Assembly: GCF_009914755.1 (NCBI RefSeq) | Contig: NC_060939.1 | Reading direction: 5' to 3' (one strand) | Length of the DNA stretch: 64,000 bases | Source: the human T2T-CHM13v2.0 reference genome, Homo sapiens | Shown here: positions 29,801 to 43,800 of the stretch, one piece after another | How the letters are laid out: every line of letters begins with the position of its first letter | How positions within the stretch are numbered: position 1 is the first letter of the stretch | Position numbers and translations under genes: made by a program | Notes under the pieces: model-generated | What the model saw: only the letters and a program-made list of their open reading frames with translations | Database searches by the model: none | What the model was told of the DNA's origin: nothing

Positions 29801-32800
29801 ACATTCCATTCGAGTCCATTCCATTCGATGCCATTCCATTTGATTCTATTCCATTAGTCTCCATTCAATTCCATTAATCTCCATTCCATTCCATTCTACT
29901 CCAACTGATTCCATTCCATTCTATTCCTTTCCATTCCATTTCATTCCATTCCATTCCATTTCATTCCATTCCATTCCATTCGTGTCCATTCCACTCCAGT
30001 CCATTACATTCGTGTCCATTCCATTCCAGTCCATTCCATTTGTGTCCACTGCATTCCATTCCACTCCATTCCATATTATTCCATTACACTCCATTCCATT
30101 CTATTACTTTCATTTCCATTCAATTCCATTCCATTTGATTCCATTCCACTCGGTTTCATTCCATTTGAGTCCACTCCATTCCATTCCATTCCATTCCATT
30201 CAGTTCCATTCCATTCTGTTCCATTCCATTCCGTTCCATTACATTCCATTCCATTCGGTACCATTCCATATTGTTCCATTCGATTCCATTCGAATCCATT
30301 CCATTCCAGTCCATTCCATTCGATTCCATTCCATTCATTTCAATTCCATTCCATTCCATTCCATTACATTCCACTTGATTCCTCTCCATTCCCTTCCACT
30401 GCATTCCGTTCGATTCCATTCCATTGCATTGCATTCCATTCCATTGGATTGCATTCCATTCGATTCCATTCCATTCGAATCAATTACATAGCAATCCATT
30501 ACATTCGAGTCTATTCTATTCCGTTCCATTCGATTTCGTTCCAATCCATTCGATTCCATTCCATTCGATTCCATTCCATACTATTGCATTCCATTCGATT
30601 ACATTATATTCGAATAAGTTCCATTCAAGACCATTTCTTTTGAGTCCATTCTATTTGAGTCCATTCCCTTTGATTCCATAACATTTGAGTCCATTCAATT
30701 CCATTCCTTTCGTTTCCATTCCATTTGATGCCATTCCATTCAATTCTGTTCTACTCGACTCCAATACACTCAATTCCATTCCATCCGATTCCATTACATT
30801 CTTTTCATTTCTTGTCCATTTCAAGCCATTCCACTCCATTCCATTCCACTCGTTTCCTTTCCATTCGAGTCCATTCCTCTCCAGTCCATTCCGTTCAATC
30901 CATTCCATTCCAGTCCATTCCATTCGAGTCCGTTCCATTCCAGTCCATTCCATTCGAGTCAATTCCATCCCATTCGATGTCTTTCCATAACGATCCATTC
31001 CATTCTATTAATTTCGATTCCATTCCATTCTATTTCATTCCATTCGATTCCCTTCCATTGGACTCCTTTCCATTCGAGTGCATTCCATTCCGTTCCATTT
31101 CTTTCCGTTCTGTACGATTCCTACCGTTCGATTTCATTTTCTTCCAGTCCATTCCTTTCGCGTCCATTCCATTCCATTTCACTCCATTCGATTCCATTCC
31201 ACTCGATTCCACTCCGTTCCGTTTCATTGCATTCCATTCTATTCAACTCTATTGCCTTCCATTCCATTCCATTCGATTACATTCCATGCGATTCCATTCG
31301 AAATCGAATCAATTACATTGCAATCCATAACTATTGAGTCTATTTTATTCCAGTCCACTGCATTCTGGTCCATTCCATTTGATTCCATTCCATTCTATTC
31401 CATTCCATACAGTTGCATTCCATTGGATTCCATTCTATATCTATAAATTCAATTCGAGACCATTGCTTTTGAGTCCATTCTATATGATTCCATTCCATTC
31501 AAGTCCATTACATTTGGTTCAATTCCATTCCATTCCATTCCCTTCCATTCCATTCCAGTTGATATCGATCCATTCGATGCCATTCCATTTGGTTCTTTTC
31601 CATTAGTCTCCATTCAATTCCATTAATCTCCATTCCATTCCATTCTACTCCAACTGATTCCATTCCATTCTATTCCTTTCCATTCCATTTCATTCCATTC
31701 CATTCCATTTCATTCCATTCCATTCCATTCCATTCCATTCGCTTCCATTCCATTCGTGTCCATTCCATTCCAGTCCATTCCATTTGTGTCCACTGCATTC
31801 CTTTCCACTCCATTCCATATTATTCCATTACACTCCATTCCATTCTATTACTTTCATTTCCATTCAATTCCATTCCATTTGATTCCATTCCACTCGGTTT
31901 CATTCCATTTGAGTCCACTCCATTCCATTCCATTCCATTCCATTCAGTTCCATTCCATTCTGTTCCATTCCATTCCGTTCCATTACATTCCATTCCATTC
32001 GGTACCATTCCATATTGTTCCATTCGATTCCATTTGAATCCATTCCATTCCAGTCCATTCCATTCGATTCCATTCCATTCATTTCAATTCCATTCCATTC
32101 CATTCCATTCCACTTGATTCCACTCCATTCCCTTCCAGTGCATTCCATTCGATTCCATTCCATTGCATTGCATTCCATTCCATTGGATTGCATTCCATTC
32201 GATTCCATTCCATTCAAATCAATTACATAGCAATCCATTTCATTCGAATCTATTCTATTCCGTTCCATTCGATTTCGTTCCAATGCATTCGATTCCACTC
32301 CATTCGATTCCATTCCATACTATTGCATTCCATTCGATTAAATTATATTCGAATAATTTCCATTCAAGACCATTTCTTTTGAGTCCATTCTATTTGAGTC
32401 CATTCCCTTTGATTCCATAACATTTGAGTCCATTCAATTCCATTGCTTTCGTTTCCATTCCATTTGATGCCATTCCATTCAATTCTGTTCTACTCGACTC
32501 CAATACATTCAATTCCATTCCATCCGATTCCATTACATTCTTTTCATTTCTTATCCAGTTCAAGCCATTCCATTCCATTCCATTCCACTCGTTTCCTTTC
32601 CGTTCGAGTCCATTCCTCTCCAGTCCATTCCGTTCAATCCATTCCATTCCAGTCCATTCCATTCCAGTCCGTTCCATTCCAGTCCATTCCATTCGAGTCA
32701 ATTCCATTCCATTCGTTGTCTTTCGATAACGATCCATTCCATTCTATTCCTTTCGATTCCATTCCGTTCTATTTCATTCCATTCGATTCCCTTCCATTGG

Positions 32801-35800
32801 ACTCCTTTCCATTCGAGTGCATTCCATTCCGTTCCATTTCTTTCCGTTCTGTACGATTCCTACCGTTCGATTTCATTTTGTTCCAGTCCATTCCTTTCGC
32901 GTCCATTCCATTCCATTTCACTCCATTCGATTCCATTCCATTCGATTCCATTCCACTCGATTCCACTTCGTTCCTTTTCATTGCATTCCATTCTATTCAA
33001 CTCTATTGCCTTCCATTCCATTCCATTCGATTACATTCCATGCGATTCCATTCGAAATCGAATCAATTACATTGCAATCCATTACTATTGAGTCCGTTTT
33101 ATTCCAGTCCACTGCATTCTGGTCCATTCCATTTGATTCCATTCCATTCTATTCCATTCCATACAGTTGCATTCCATTGGATTCCATTCTATATCTATAA
33201 ATTCAATTCGAGACCATTGTTTTTGAGTCCATTCTATATGATTCCATTCCATTCAAGTCCATTACATTTGGTTCAATTCCATTCCATTCCATTCCCTTCC
33301 ATTCCATTCCAGTTGATATCAATCCATTCGATTCCATTCCATTCGAGCACATTCCATTCGAGTCCATTCCATTCGATGCCATTCCATTTGATTCTATTCC
33401 ATTAGTCTCCATTCAATTCCATTAATCTCCATTCCATTCCATTCTACTCCAACTGATTCCATTCCATTCTATTCCTTTCCATTGCATTTCATTCCATTCC
33501 ATTCCATTCCATTCCATTCCATTCCATTCCATTCGTGTCCATTCCACTCCAGTCCATTACATTCGTGTCCATTCCATTCCAGTCCATTCCATTTGTGTCC
33601 ACTGCATTCCATTCCACTCCATTCCATATTATTCCATTACACTCCATTCCATTCTATTACTTTCATTTCCATTCAATTCCATTCCATTTGATTCCATTCC
33701 ACTCGGTTTCATTCCATTTGAGTCCACTCCATTCCATTCCATTCCATTCCATTCAGTTCCATTCCATTCTGTTCCATTCCATTCCGTTCCATTACATTCC
33801 ATTCCATTCAGTACCATTCCATATTGTTCCATTCGATTCCATTTGAATCCATTCCATTCCAGTCCATTCCATTCGATTCCATTCCATTCCTTTCAATACC
33901 ATTCCATTCCACTTAATTCCACTCCATTCCCTTCCACTGCATTCCATTCGAATCCATTCAATTGCGTTGCATTCCATTCCATTGGATTGCATTCCATTCG
34001 ATTCCATTCCATTCGAATCAATTCCATAGCAATCCATTACATTCGAGTCTATTCTATTCCGTTCCATTCGATTTCTTTCCAATGCATTCGATTCCATTCC
34101 ATTCGATTCCTTTCCATACTATTGCATTCCATTCGATTAAATTATATTCGAATAAGTTCCATTCAAGACCATTTCTTTTGAGTCCATTCTATTTGAGTCC
34201 ATTCCCTTTGATTCCATAACATTTGAGTCCATTCAATTCCATTCCTTTCGTTTCCATTACATTTGATGCCATTGCATTCAGTTCTGTTCTACTCGACTCC
34301 AATACATTCAATTCCATTCTATCCGATTCCAATACATTCTTTTCATTTCGTATCCATTTCAAGCCATTCCATTCCATTCCATTCCACTCGTTTCCTTTCC
34401 ATTCGAGTCCATTCCTCTCCAGTCCATTCCGTTCAATGCATTCCATTCCAGTCCATTCCATTCGAGTCCTTTCCATTCCAGTCCATTCCATTCGAGTCAA
34501 TTCCATTCCATTCGATGTCTTTCCGTAACGATCCATTCCATTCTATTCCTTTCGATTCCATTCCATTCTATTTCATTCCATTCGATTCCCTTCCATTGGA
34601 CTCCTTTCCATTCGAGTGCATTCCATTCCGTTCCATTTCTTTCCGTTCTGTACGATTCCTACCGTTCGATTTCATTTTGTTCCAGTCCATTCCTTTCGCG
34701 TCCATTCCATTCCATTTCACTCCATTCGATTCCATTCCATTCGATTCCATTCCACTCGATTCCACTTCGTTCCATTTCATTGCATTCCATTCTATTCAAC
34801 TCTATTGCCTTCCATTCCATTCCATTCGATTACATTCCATGCGATTCCATTCGAAATCGAATCAATTACATTGCAATCCATTACTATTGAGTCCGTTTTA
34901 TTCCAGTCCACTGCATTCTGGTCCATTCCATTTGATTCCATTCCATTCTATTCCATTCCATACAGTTGCATTCCATTGGATTCCATGCTATATCTATAAA
35001 TTCAATTCGAGACCATTGCTTTTGAGTCCATTCTATATGATTCCATTCCATTCAAGTCCATTACATTTGGTTAAATTCCATTCCATTCCGTTCAATTCCA
35101 TTCCATTCCATTCCCTTCCATTCCATTCCAGTTGATATCAATCCATTCGATTCCATTCCATTCGAGCACATTCCATTCGAGTCCATTCCATTCGATGCCA
35201 TTCCATTTGATTCTATTCCATTAGTCTCCATTCAATTCCATTAATCTCCATTCCATTCCATTCTACTCCAACTGATTCCATTCCATTCTATTCCTTTCCA
35301 TTCCATTTCATTCCATTCCATTCCATTCCATTCCATTCCATTCCATTCTTGTCCATTCCACTCCAGTCCATTCCATTCGTGTCCATTCCATTCCAGTCCA
35401 TTCCATTTGTGTCCACTGCATTCCATTCCACTCCATTCCATATTATTCCATTACACTCCATTCCATTCTATTACTTTCATTTCCATTCAATTCCATTCCA
35501 TTTGATTCCATTCCACTCGGTTTCATTCCATTTGAGTCCACTCCATTCCATTCCATTCCATTCCATTCAGTTCCATTCCGTTCTGTTCCATTCCATTCCG
35601 TTCCATTACATTCCATTCCATTCGGTACCATTCCATATTGTTCCATTCGATTCCATTCGAATCCATTCCATTCCAGTCCATTCCATTCGATTCCATTCCA
35701 TTCATTTCAATTCCATTCCATTCCATTCCATTACATTCCACTTGATTCCTCTCCATTCCCTTCCACTGCATTCCGTTCGATTCCATTCCATTGCATTGCA

Positions 35801-37833
35801 TTCCATTCCATTGGATTGCATTCCATTCGATTCCATTCCATTCGAATCAATTACATAGCAATCCATTACATTCGAGTCTATTCTCTTCCGTTCCATTCGA
35901 TTTCGTTCCAATCCATTCGATTCCATTCCATTCGATTCCATTCCATACTATTGCATTCCATTCGATTACATTATATTCGAATAAGTTCCATTCAAGACCA
36001 TTTCTTTTGAGTCCATTCTATTTGAGTCCATTCCTTTTGATTCCATAACATTTGAGTCCATTCAATTCCATTCCTTTCGTTTCCATTCCATTTGATGCCA
36101 TTCCATTCAATTCTGTTCTACTCGACTCCAATACATTCAATTCCATTCCATCCGATTCCATTACATTCTTTTCATTTCTTATCCATTTCAAGCCATTCCA
36201 CTCCATTCCATTCCACTCGTTTCCTTTCCATTCGAGTCCATTCCTCTCCAGTCCATTCCGTTCAATCCATTCCATTCCAGTCCATTCCATTCGAGTCCGT
36301 TCCATTCCAGTCCATTCCATTCGAGTCAATTCCATTCCATTCGATGTCTTTCCATAACGATCCATTCCATTCTATTCCTTTCGATTCCATTCCATTCTAT
36401 TTCATTCCATTCGATTCCCTTCCATTGGACTCCTTTCCATTCGAGTGCATTCCATTCCGTTCCATTTCTTTCCGTTCTGTACGATTCCTACCGTTCGATT
36501 TCATTTTGTTCCAGTCCATTCCTTTCGCGTCCATTCCATTCCATTTCACTCCATTCGATTCCATTCCACTCAATTCCACTTCGTTCCATTTCATTGCATT
36601 CCATTCTATTTAACTCTATTGCCTTCCATTCCATTCCATTCGATTACATTCCATGCGATTCCATTCGAAATCGAATCAATTACATTGCAATCCATTACTA
36701 TTGAGTCCGTTTTATTCCAGTCCACTGCATTCTGGTCCATTCCATTTGATTCCATTCCATTCTAATCCATTCCATACAGTTGCATTCCATTGGATTCCAT
36801 GCTATATCTATAAATTCAATTCGAGACCATTGCTTTTGAGTCCATTCTATATGATTCCATTCCATTCAAGTCCATTACATTTGGTTAAATTCCATTCCAT
36901 TCGGTTCAATTCCATTCCATTCCAGTCCCTTCCATTCCATTCCAGTTGATATCAATCCATTCGATTCCATTCCATTCGAGCACATTCCATTCGAGTCCAT
37001 TCCATTCGATGCCATTCCATTTGATTCTATTCCATTAGTCTCCATTCAATTCCATTAATCTCCATTCCATTCCATTCTACTCCAACTGATTCCATTCCAT
37101 TCTATTCCTTTCCATTCCATTTCATTCCATTCCATTCCATTCCATTCCATTCCATTCCATTCCATTCGTGTCCATTCCACTCCAGTCCATTCCATTCTTA
37201 TCTATTCCATTCCAGTCCATTCCATTTGTTTCCACTGCATTCCATTCCACTCCATTCCATATTATTCCATTACACTCCATTCCATTCTATTACTTTCATT
37301 TCCATTCAATTCCATTCCATTTGATTCCATTCCACTCGGTTTCATTCCATTTGAGTCCACTCCATTCCATTCCATTCCATTCAGTTCCATTCCATTCTGT
37401 TCCATTCCATTCCGTTCCATTACATTCCATTCCATTCGGTACCATTCCATATTGTTCCATTCGATTCCATTCGAATCCATTCCATTCCAGTCCATTCCAT
37501 TCGATTCCATTCCATTCATTTCAATTCCATTCCATTCCATTCCATTACATTCCACTTGATTCCTCTCCATTCCCTTCCACTGCATTCCGTTCGATTCCAT
37601 TCCATTGCATTGCATTCCATTCCATTGGATTGCATTCCATTCGATTCCATTCCATTCGAATCAATTACATACCAATCCATTACATTCGAGTCTATTCTCT
37701 TCCGTTCCATTCGATTTCGTTCCAATCCATTCGATTCCATTCCATTCGATTCCATTCCATACTATTGCATTCCATTCGATTACATTATATTCGAATAAGT
37801 TCCATTCAAGACCATTTCTTTTGAGTCCATTCT

Positions 37834-40800
37834 ATTTGAGTCCATTCCCTTTGATTCCATAACATTTGAGTCCATTCAATTCCATTCCTTTCGTTTCCAT
37901 TCCATTTGATGCCATTCCATTCAATTCTGTTCTACTCGACTCCAATACATTCAATTCCATTCCATCCGATTCCATTACATTCTTTTCATTTCTTATCCAT
38001 TTCAAGCCATTCCACTCCATTCCATTCCACTCGTTTCCTTTCCATTCGAGTCCATTCCTCTCCAGTCCATTCCGTTCAATCCATTCCATTCCAGTCCATT
38101 CCATTCGAGTCCGTTCCATTCCAGTCCATTCCATTCGAGTCAATTCCATTCCATTCGATGTCTTTCCATAACGATCCATTCCATTCTATTCCTTTCGATT
38201 CCATTCCATTCTATTTCATTCCATTCGATTCCCTTCCATTGGACTCCTTTCCATTCGAGTGCATTCCATTCTGTTGCATTTCTTTCCGTTCTGTACGATT
38301 CCTACCGTTCGATTTCATTTTGTTCCAGTCCATTCCTTTCGCGTCCATTCCATTCCATTTCACTCCATTCGATTCCATTCCACTCGATTCCACTTCGTTC
38401 CATTTCATTGCATTCCATTCTATTCAACTCCATTGCCTTCCTTTCCATTCCATTCGATTACATTCCATGCGATTCCATTCGAAATCGAATCAATTACATT
38501 GCAATCCATTACTATTGAGTCCGTTTTATTCCAGTCCACTGCATTCTGGTCCATTCCATTTGATTCCATTCCATTCTATTCCATTCCATACAGTTGCATT
38601 CCATTGGATTCCATTCTATATCTATAAATTCAATTCGAGCTCATTGCTTTGGAGTCCATTCTATATGATTCCATTCCATTGAAGTCCATTACATTTGGTT
38701 CAATTCCATTCCATTCCATTCCCTTCCATTCCATTCCAGTTGATATCAATCCATTCGATTCCATTCCATTCGAGCACATTCCATTCGAGTCCATTCCATT
38801 CGATGCCTTTCCATTTGATTCTATTCCATTAGTCTCCATTCAATTCCATTAATCTCCATTCCATTCCATTCTACTCCAACTGATTCCATTCCATTCTATT
38901 CCTTTCCATTCCATTTCATTCCATTCCATTCCATTTCATTCCATTCCATTCCATTCGCTTCCATTCCATTCGTGTCCATTCCACTCCAGTCCATTCCATT
39001 CATGTCCATTCCATTCCAGTCCATTCCATTTGTGTCCACTGCATTCCATTCCACTCCATTCCATATTATTCCATTACACTCCATTCCATTCTATTACTTT
39101 CATTTCCATTCAATTCCATTCCATTTGATTCCATTCCACTCGGTTTCATTCCATTTGAGTCCACTCCATTCCATTCCATTCCATTCCATTCAGTTCCATT
39201 CCATTCTGTCCCAATCCATTCCATTCCATTGCATTCCATTCCATTCGGTACCATTCCATATTGTTCCATTCGATTCCATTCGAATCCATTCCATTCCAGT
39301 CCATTCCATTCGATTCCATTCCATTCCTTTACATTCCATTCCATTCCATTCCATTCCACTTGATTCCACTCCATTCCCTTCCACTGCATTCCATTCGATT
39401 CCATTCCATTGCATTGCATTCCATTCCATTAGACAGCATTCCATTCGATTCCATTCCTTTCGAATCAATTACATAGCAATCCATTACATTCGAGTCTATT
39501 CTATTCCGTTCCATTCGATTTCGTTCCAATCCATTCGATTCCATTCCATTCGATTCCATTCCATACTATTGCATTCCATTCTATTACATTATATTCGAAT
39601 AAGTTCCATTCAAGACCATTTCTTTTGAGTCCATTCTATTTGAGTCCATTCCCTTTGATTCCATAACATTTGAGTCCATTCAATTCCATTCCTTTCGTTT
39701 CCATTCCATTTGATGCCATTCCATTCAATTCTCTTCTACTCGACTCCAATACATTCAATTCCATTCCATCCGATTCCATTACATTCTTTTCATTTCTTAT
39801 CCATTTCAAGCCATTCCACTCCATTCCATTCCACTCGTTTCCTTTCCATTCGAGTCCATTCCTCTCCAGTCCATTCCGTTCAATCCATTCCATTCCAGTC
39901 CATTCCATTCGAGTCCGTTCCATTCCAGTCCATTCCATTCGAGTCAATTCCATCCCATTCGATGTCTTTCCATAACGATCCATTCCATTCTATTCCTTTC
40001 GATTCCATTCCATTCTATTTCATTCCATTCGATTCCCTTCCATTGGACTCCTTTCCATTCGAGTGCATTCCATTCCGTTCCATTTCTTTCCGTTCTGTAC
40101 GATTCCTACCGTTCGATTTCATTTTGTTCCAGTCCATTCCTTTCGCGTCCATTCCATTCCATTTCACTCCATTCGATTCCATTCCACTCGATTCCACTTC
40201 GTTCCATTTCATTGCATTCCATTCTATTCAACTCCATTGCCTTCCTTTCCATTCCATTCGATTACATTCCATGCGATTCCATTCGAAATCGAATCAATTA
40301 CATTGCAATCCATTACTATTGAGTCCGTTTTATTCCAGTCCACTGCATTCTGGTCCATTCCATTTGATTCCATTCCATTCTATTCCATTCCATACAGTTG
40401 CATTCCATTGGATTCCATTCTATATCTATAAATTCAATTCGAGCTCATTGCTTTGGAGTCCATTCTATATGATTCCATTCCATTGAAGTCCATTACATTT
40501 GGTTCAATTCCATTCCATTCCATTCCCTTCCATTCCATTCCAGTTGATATCAATCCATTCGATTCCATTCCATTCGAGCACATTCCATTCGAGTCCATTC
40601 CATTCGATGCCTTTCCATTTGATTCTATTCCATTAGTCTCCATTCAATTCCATTAATCTCCATTCCATTCCATTCTACTCCAACTGATTCCATTCCATTC
40701 TATTCCTTTCCATTCCATTTCATTCCATTCCATTCCATTTCATTCCATTCCATTCCATTCGCTTCCATTCCATTCGTGTCCATTCCACTCCAGTCCATTC

Positions 40801-43800
40801 CATTCATGTCCATTCCATTCCAGTCCATTCCATTTGTGTCCACTGCATTCCATTCCACTCCATTCCATATTATTCCATTACACTCCATTCCATTCTATTA
40901 CTTTCATTTCCATTCAATTCCATTCCATTTGATTCCATTCCACTCGGTTTCATTCCATTTGAGTCCACTCCATTCCATTCCATTCCATTCCATTCAGTTC
41001 CATTCCATTCTGTTCCAATCCATTCCATTCCATTGCATTCCATTCCATTCGGTACCATTCCATATTGTTCCATTCGATTCCATTCGAATCCATTCCATTC
41101 CAGTCCATTCCATTCGATTCCATTCCATTCCTTTACATTCCATTCCATTCCATTCCATTCCACTTGATTCCACTCCATTCCCTTCCACTGCATTCCATTC
41201 GATTCCATTCCATTGCATTGCATTCCATTCCATTGGACAGCATTCCATTCGATTCCATTCCTTTCGAATCAATTACATAGCAATCCATTACATTCGAGTC
41301 TATTCTATTCCGTTCCATTCGATTTCGTTCCAATCCATTCGATTCCATTCCATTCGATTCCATTCCATACTATTGCATTCCATTCGATTACATTATATTC
41401 GAATAAGTTCCATTCAAGACCATTTCTTTTGAGTCCATTCTATTTGAGTCCATTCCCTTTGATTCCATAACATTTGAGTCCATTCAATTCCATTCCTTTC
41501 GTTTCCATTCCATTTGATGCCATTCCATTCAATTCTCTTCTACTCGACTCCAATACATTCAATTCCATTCCATCCGATTCCATTACATTCTTTTCATTTC
41601 TTATCCATTTCAAGCCATTCCACTCCATTCCATTCCACTCGTTTCCTTTCCATTCGAGTCCATTCCTCTCCAGTCCATTCCGTTCAATCCATTCCATTCC
41701 AGTCCATTCCATTCGAGTCCGTTCCATTCCAGTCCATTCCATTCGAGTCAATTCCATCCCATTCGATGTCTTTCCATAACGATCCATTCCATTCTATTCC
41801 TTTCGATTCCATTCCATTCTATTTCATTCCATTCGATTCCCTTCCATTGGACTCCTTTCCATTCGAGTGCATTCCATTCCGTTCCATTTCTTTCCGTTCT
41901 GTACGATTCCTACCGTTCGATTTCATTTTGTTCCAGTCCATTCCTTTCGCGTCCATTCCATTCCATTTCACTCCATTCGATTCCATTCCACTCGATTCCA
42001 CTTCGTTCCATTTCATTGCATTCCATTCTATTCAACTCCATTGCCTTCCTTTCCATTCCATTCGATTACATTCCATGCGATTCCATTCGAAATCGAATCA
42101 ATTACATTGCAATCCATTACTATTGAGTCCGTTTTATTCCAGTCCACTGCATTCTGGTCCATTCCATTTGATTCCATTCCATTCTATTCCATTCCATACA
42201 GTTGCATTCCACTGGATTCCATTCTATATCTATAAATTCAATTCGAGATCATTGCTTTGGAGTCCATTCTATATGACTCCATTCCATTCAAGTCCATTAC
42301 ATTTGGTTCAATTCCATTCCATTCCATTCCCTTCCATTCCATTCCAGTTGATATCAATCCATTCGATTCCATTCCATTCGAGCACATTCCATTCGAGTCC
42401 ATTCCATTCGATGCCTTTCCATTTGATTCTATTCCATTAGTCTCCATTCAATTCCATTAATCTCCATTCCATTCCATTCTACTCCAACTGATTCCATTCC
42501 ATTCTATTCCTTTCCATTCCATTTCATTCCATTCCATTCCATTTCATTCCATTCCATTCCATTCGCTTCCATTCCATTCGTGTCCATTCCACTCCAGTCC
42601 ATTCCATTCATGTCCATTCCATTCCAGTCCATTCCATTTGTGTCCACTGCATTCCATTCCACTCCATTCCATATTATTCCATTACACTCCATTCCATTCT
42701 ATTACTTTCATTTCCATTCAATTCCATTCCATTTGATTCCATTCCACTCGGTTTCATTCCATTTGAGTCCACTCCATTCCATTCCATTCCATTCCATTCA
42801 GTTCCATTCCATTCTGTTCCAATCCATTCCATTCCATTGCATTCCATTCCATTCGGTACCATTCCATATTGTTCCATTCGATTCCATTCGAATCCATTCC
42901 ATTCCAGTCCATTCCATTCGATTCCATTCCATTCCTTTACATTCCATTCCATTCCATTCCATTCCACTTGATTCCACTCCATTCCCTTCCACTGCATTCC
43001 ATTCGATTCCATTCCATTGCATTGCATTCCATTCCATTGGACAGCATTCCATTCGATTCCATTCCTTTCGAATCAATTACATAGCAATCCATTACATTCG
43101 AGTCTATTCTCTTCCGTTCCATTCGATTTCGTTCCAATCCATTCGATTCCATTCCATTCGATTCCATTCCATACTATTGCATTCCATTCGATTACATTAT
43201 ATTCGAATAAGTTCCATTCAAGACCATTTCTTTTGAGTCCATTCTATGTGAGTCCATTCCCTTTGATTCCATAACATTTGAGTACATTCAATTCCATTCC
43301 TTTCGTTTCCATTCCATTTGATGCCATTCCATTCAATTCTGTTCTACTCGACTCCAATACATTCAATTCCATTCCATCCGATTCCATTACATTCTTTTCA
43401 TTTCTTATCCATTTCAAGCCATTCCACTCCATTCCATTCCACTCGTTTCCTTTCCATTCGAGTCCATTCCTCTCCAGTCCATTCCGTTCAATCCATTCCA
43501 TTCCAGTCCATTCCATTCGAGTCCGTTCCATTCCAGTCCATTCCATTCGAGTCAATTCCATCCCATTCGATGTCTTTCCATAACGATCCATTCCATTCTA
43601 TTCCTTTCGATTCCATTCCATTCTATTTCATTCCATTCGATTCCCTTCCATTGGACTCCTTTCCATTCGAGTGCATTCCATTCCGTTCCATTTCTTTCCG
43701 TTCTGTACGATTCCTACCGTTCGATTTCATTTTGTTCCAGTCCATTCCTTTCGCGTCCATTCCATTCCATTTCACTCCATTCGATTCCATTCCACTCGAT

